Positions 1 through 64,000 of a DNA stretch of 64,000 bases are shown in pieces. Below the pieces are notes generated by a model. The model did no database searches and was not told the DNA's origin. It was given only the letters and a program-made list of their open reading frames with translations. Position 1 is the first letter of the stretch, and every line of letters starts with the position of its first letter. The stretch comes from Rhina ancylostomus (taxonomy: Eukaryota). Location of the stretch: the NCBI GenBank assembly GCA_030265395.1, contig JARFYF010000094.1:21872798-21936797 (forward strand), read 5' to 3'. The translations under genes and the position numbers were made by a program.

Positions 1-2480
1 ATTTTATGGACCGAATGGCTTAATTCTGCTCCTTTATCTTGTGGCCTTCTGGTCTTGTAATTAAATGTTAATTTGCCCAGTCACATCCCCAGACATGTTC
101 TGACACTCCATCCTTGCAGCCACATCTCACAGCTTTCACATCCTGCCAGCAATTCAATCCTAATGTCCATGTCACTTAACACTTTCCATGACAGTCATAA
201 CTATTTCCATCTCCTTTGTAGGAGAAGGTCCAATATTGTTGCCAGCAGCAATGAATAGACAGAGTGTTGGTCATGCACCTCCTACTTACTTTCCATTCCT
301 CACCAAACCTCCCCTGTAGTACCTTTCTCCTTTCCAATATCCAAGNNNNNNNNNNGATCAGGCAGTAGCTGAACAGCAAAAGAGCTGAGATGAAAAATCA
401 CCATCATGCAATGTAACACGTGCAGCCATTATCTCAGATACAGATGTTTTGCATAATATAAACGCAAGATCTGCACATGGGCACGACTGACCCAAAAGCC
501 AGGGCAGGAGGAAAGGGTTGGTGAGGTTGCACACATGTTCTGTAGCAGATGTGATTTCAGTGAGGTGACGTACAAGAAAAGCCTGATANNNNNNNNNNAG
601 CCTGCATGAAATGTCAAGAGGCCAGTGCATCATACTACCACATGCCTGATAAACCAGACCTCAGCTTAAATGGCAGCAGAAGACACCCAGTGAAGTGCTT
701 TACTGGAAGTTCAGACTTCTTCTGTCATGACTCCGGATATCAGACTTGCAGGGTGTTAAAGTGATCAAGTATTCTGTTCTCCAACAGACTACTAGGGTTT
801 ATGAGGTACCTCTGCGTAGCACAAATATGTTGTGCTCTGTCATAATGATAGCATTTATTACCTCAACACTTATGCTCCATCACTGCCCTTGCTGTTGCTG
901 CTTAACCAACCAGTCCAAATTGCAGTCACTTGCTAGTTCCAGGCCAAGAACTTTTAAAGGTTGACCTCCAAGGCCTCCTGCAATGAATGTCAACAACAAA
1001 GACTAGCATAGGCAAAGACAGTGGAAGATGTGAGCTGAGGGAAAGCAGAAGAGTACTTGCATGAGGCGTGTGTGGAATTTGTTGTTATTTACTTACAGAT
1101 TGATTTGGATGATTTTATACTTTTTTTCTCATTGTAGTACAATGAATAGTGTGACAATCAGTAACGAAGGGAGGTAAAATGGAAATTTGGGGAATGAAAT
1201 TGCATTTCTTTGATTATGCAATCTGACAAGTAATCCAGGCAACAGAGATGTTGCTTGAGCACACTTGCTGACTTTTCATTTTGAAAATGGCCTGAAACAG
1301 TTTTCTGAACCAATAACTCGAAGGGAAGCAGTAGTTGCTGCTATTGACAGGCCTACTGGCATGTTGCTGAATGGAAAAGGTTGAATGAAATGTTTCCCAC
1401 TTGCTGGGAACACAAAAGAAAGAGAAGCAATCAGGTTTAAACATGTAACCATAATGTGCAAGCCTGGGGCTGAACCATAATGCGCAAGAATACAACTTTG
1501 ACAGTTTGGAACCTGCAAAGAAATAAAGATAATGCCAGTAACAGGAAGTCAGTATACAAAGGATTAGGGATTATGTTTAGTATGTTTTGCCTTTCGACCA
1601 AAGAATTGTGATTGAGTGAAGTAGGTGAGATTTATTATTCTTTTACTCAATGACTCTCTATGTCCATTTCCTGTTTTTAAAAAGTAAGCAGTGTTATGTT
1701 CTTTCCTGGCATTTTCTGACAGAGGTGTTTTTCTATTTGGGAATAGGGAAAGCTTAGTTGACGATATGTAAAAGAAGACACCGTGTGCACAAGGAATTTC
1801 ACTGTCATGCTCAGGACAGGTTATCATGTAATTAGAAATTGGCTGTATAAATATGTTCCTGAATATTACAATGCATAGGTGATCTTATTGGATTGACCAT
1901 ACTATAAAACCCAAGTGTATGTATACCTGAGGCAGGGTTAAAACTTGTCAATGAGTCTTTTGAATGAAACCAAATATAATGTAATATTCATTACCATCAA
2001 AATAACTTTCATCACCCATATCACAAGTCATTTAAATGTTATCATTAACTCTACAAAATAGCAGACACTGTGTCGACATTTGCTTTTGATACTTTGGTGA
2101 AGAAAGTACAGAGAAGACACTATTAGACTAATGGAAAGAGATTCATATAAACTCTTTGGTTGGTTTGAATGCAGCATATCTTATTAAATTGATTTTGGAT
2201 TGCATTGCATCATTAATTTCAGAAATAAAATAATTGGCATTATCAATATAAGGAATGGGCATCAGCATACAAAATTTACCACAAACAAATCTGGCTGATG
2301 TGATTTTTGCTATCATTAGCTTGGTAGTCAATGTCTCATCTTTGGTTATGTTTAAAGCTTTGTTTTTGTTACTCATTGTTATATGTTGCCTCATTTGTAA
2401 CTTGCTGTTTCTAACCTTTACAATGTTGTTGCTGCCATCTGATGATAAAATTCCTGTAATTGCATGCAATTGATATGAAG

Positions 2481-63576
<61,096 letters not shown>

Positions 63577-64000
63577 GTAAGCAACCTGTTGAAATGTTTT
63601 ACCTGTCGTGAACTTTTTGATTTTTGACACTGATTTGCCTAATAGGTTATTGAACCAGCTCAGTTTTTTTGCTTGAATGTGAAATCATGCTATGTTTAAG
63701 TCATTCTGTAGTTCTCTTGGATTCGTTTCATTTGCAGCTGGGATGAGTGTGTGATCGCAATGACTATTGACCCATTCTCAGCCTTTTTAATGCCACTTTA
63801 GGACAGTTGGTAAAAGATGTATAGGGAAGGCTCAATGACTTTCCCTTTAAGTTTTCTGTCTATTTGGGGAGGTCACTGCTTGGTACCTTGCCATTCATTC
63901 TGTAGTGACTCTGCAGCATACTACTACACCAATGTGCTGCCACATTATTTTGTTTTAGAAGAGAATGTGAGGAATTCATTCTAAGTTAAATGTACTATCG

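Overview
This is vertebrate genomic DNA from a gapped scaffold; its repeat content (V-SINEs, Deu-domain SINEs, CR1, Penelope-like repeats) points to a cartilaginous fish, probably an elasmobranch (inference). The whole window lies inside one + strand gene, the L-type calcium channel alpha-1D subunit (CACNA1D / Cav1.3). I traced 18 coding exons by hand, all with AG/GT boundaries and compatible reading-frame phases, from the I-II loop to the domain III S5-pore loop. They include a 75-nt cassette exon (9*/9a-like), a 27-nt microexon, two tandem 60-nt mutually exclusive IIIS2 exons and a U12-type (minor spliceosome) intron. The introns carry a near full-length decayed Ty3/Gypsy element with CsRn1-lineage hallmarks (two LTRs, AAAT target-site duplication, tRNA-Trp-like PBS, CHCC Gag motif), probable solo LTRs, a Tc1/pogo-type MITE, CR1/L1/Rex1-like LINE fragments, SINEs, and many Penelope-derived repeats carrying decayed minimal hammerhead-ribozyme motifs, several in inverted pairs. 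I found nothing I can call a new biological system. The best leads are the hammerhead-bearing Penelope repeats, the Cav1.2/Cav1.3 hybrid-looking exon 9* with a UGCAUG cluster, and the CsRn1-type Gypsy. Exon numbers follow the human 49-exon CACNA1D convention, and all homolog comparisons are from memory, not from a database search.
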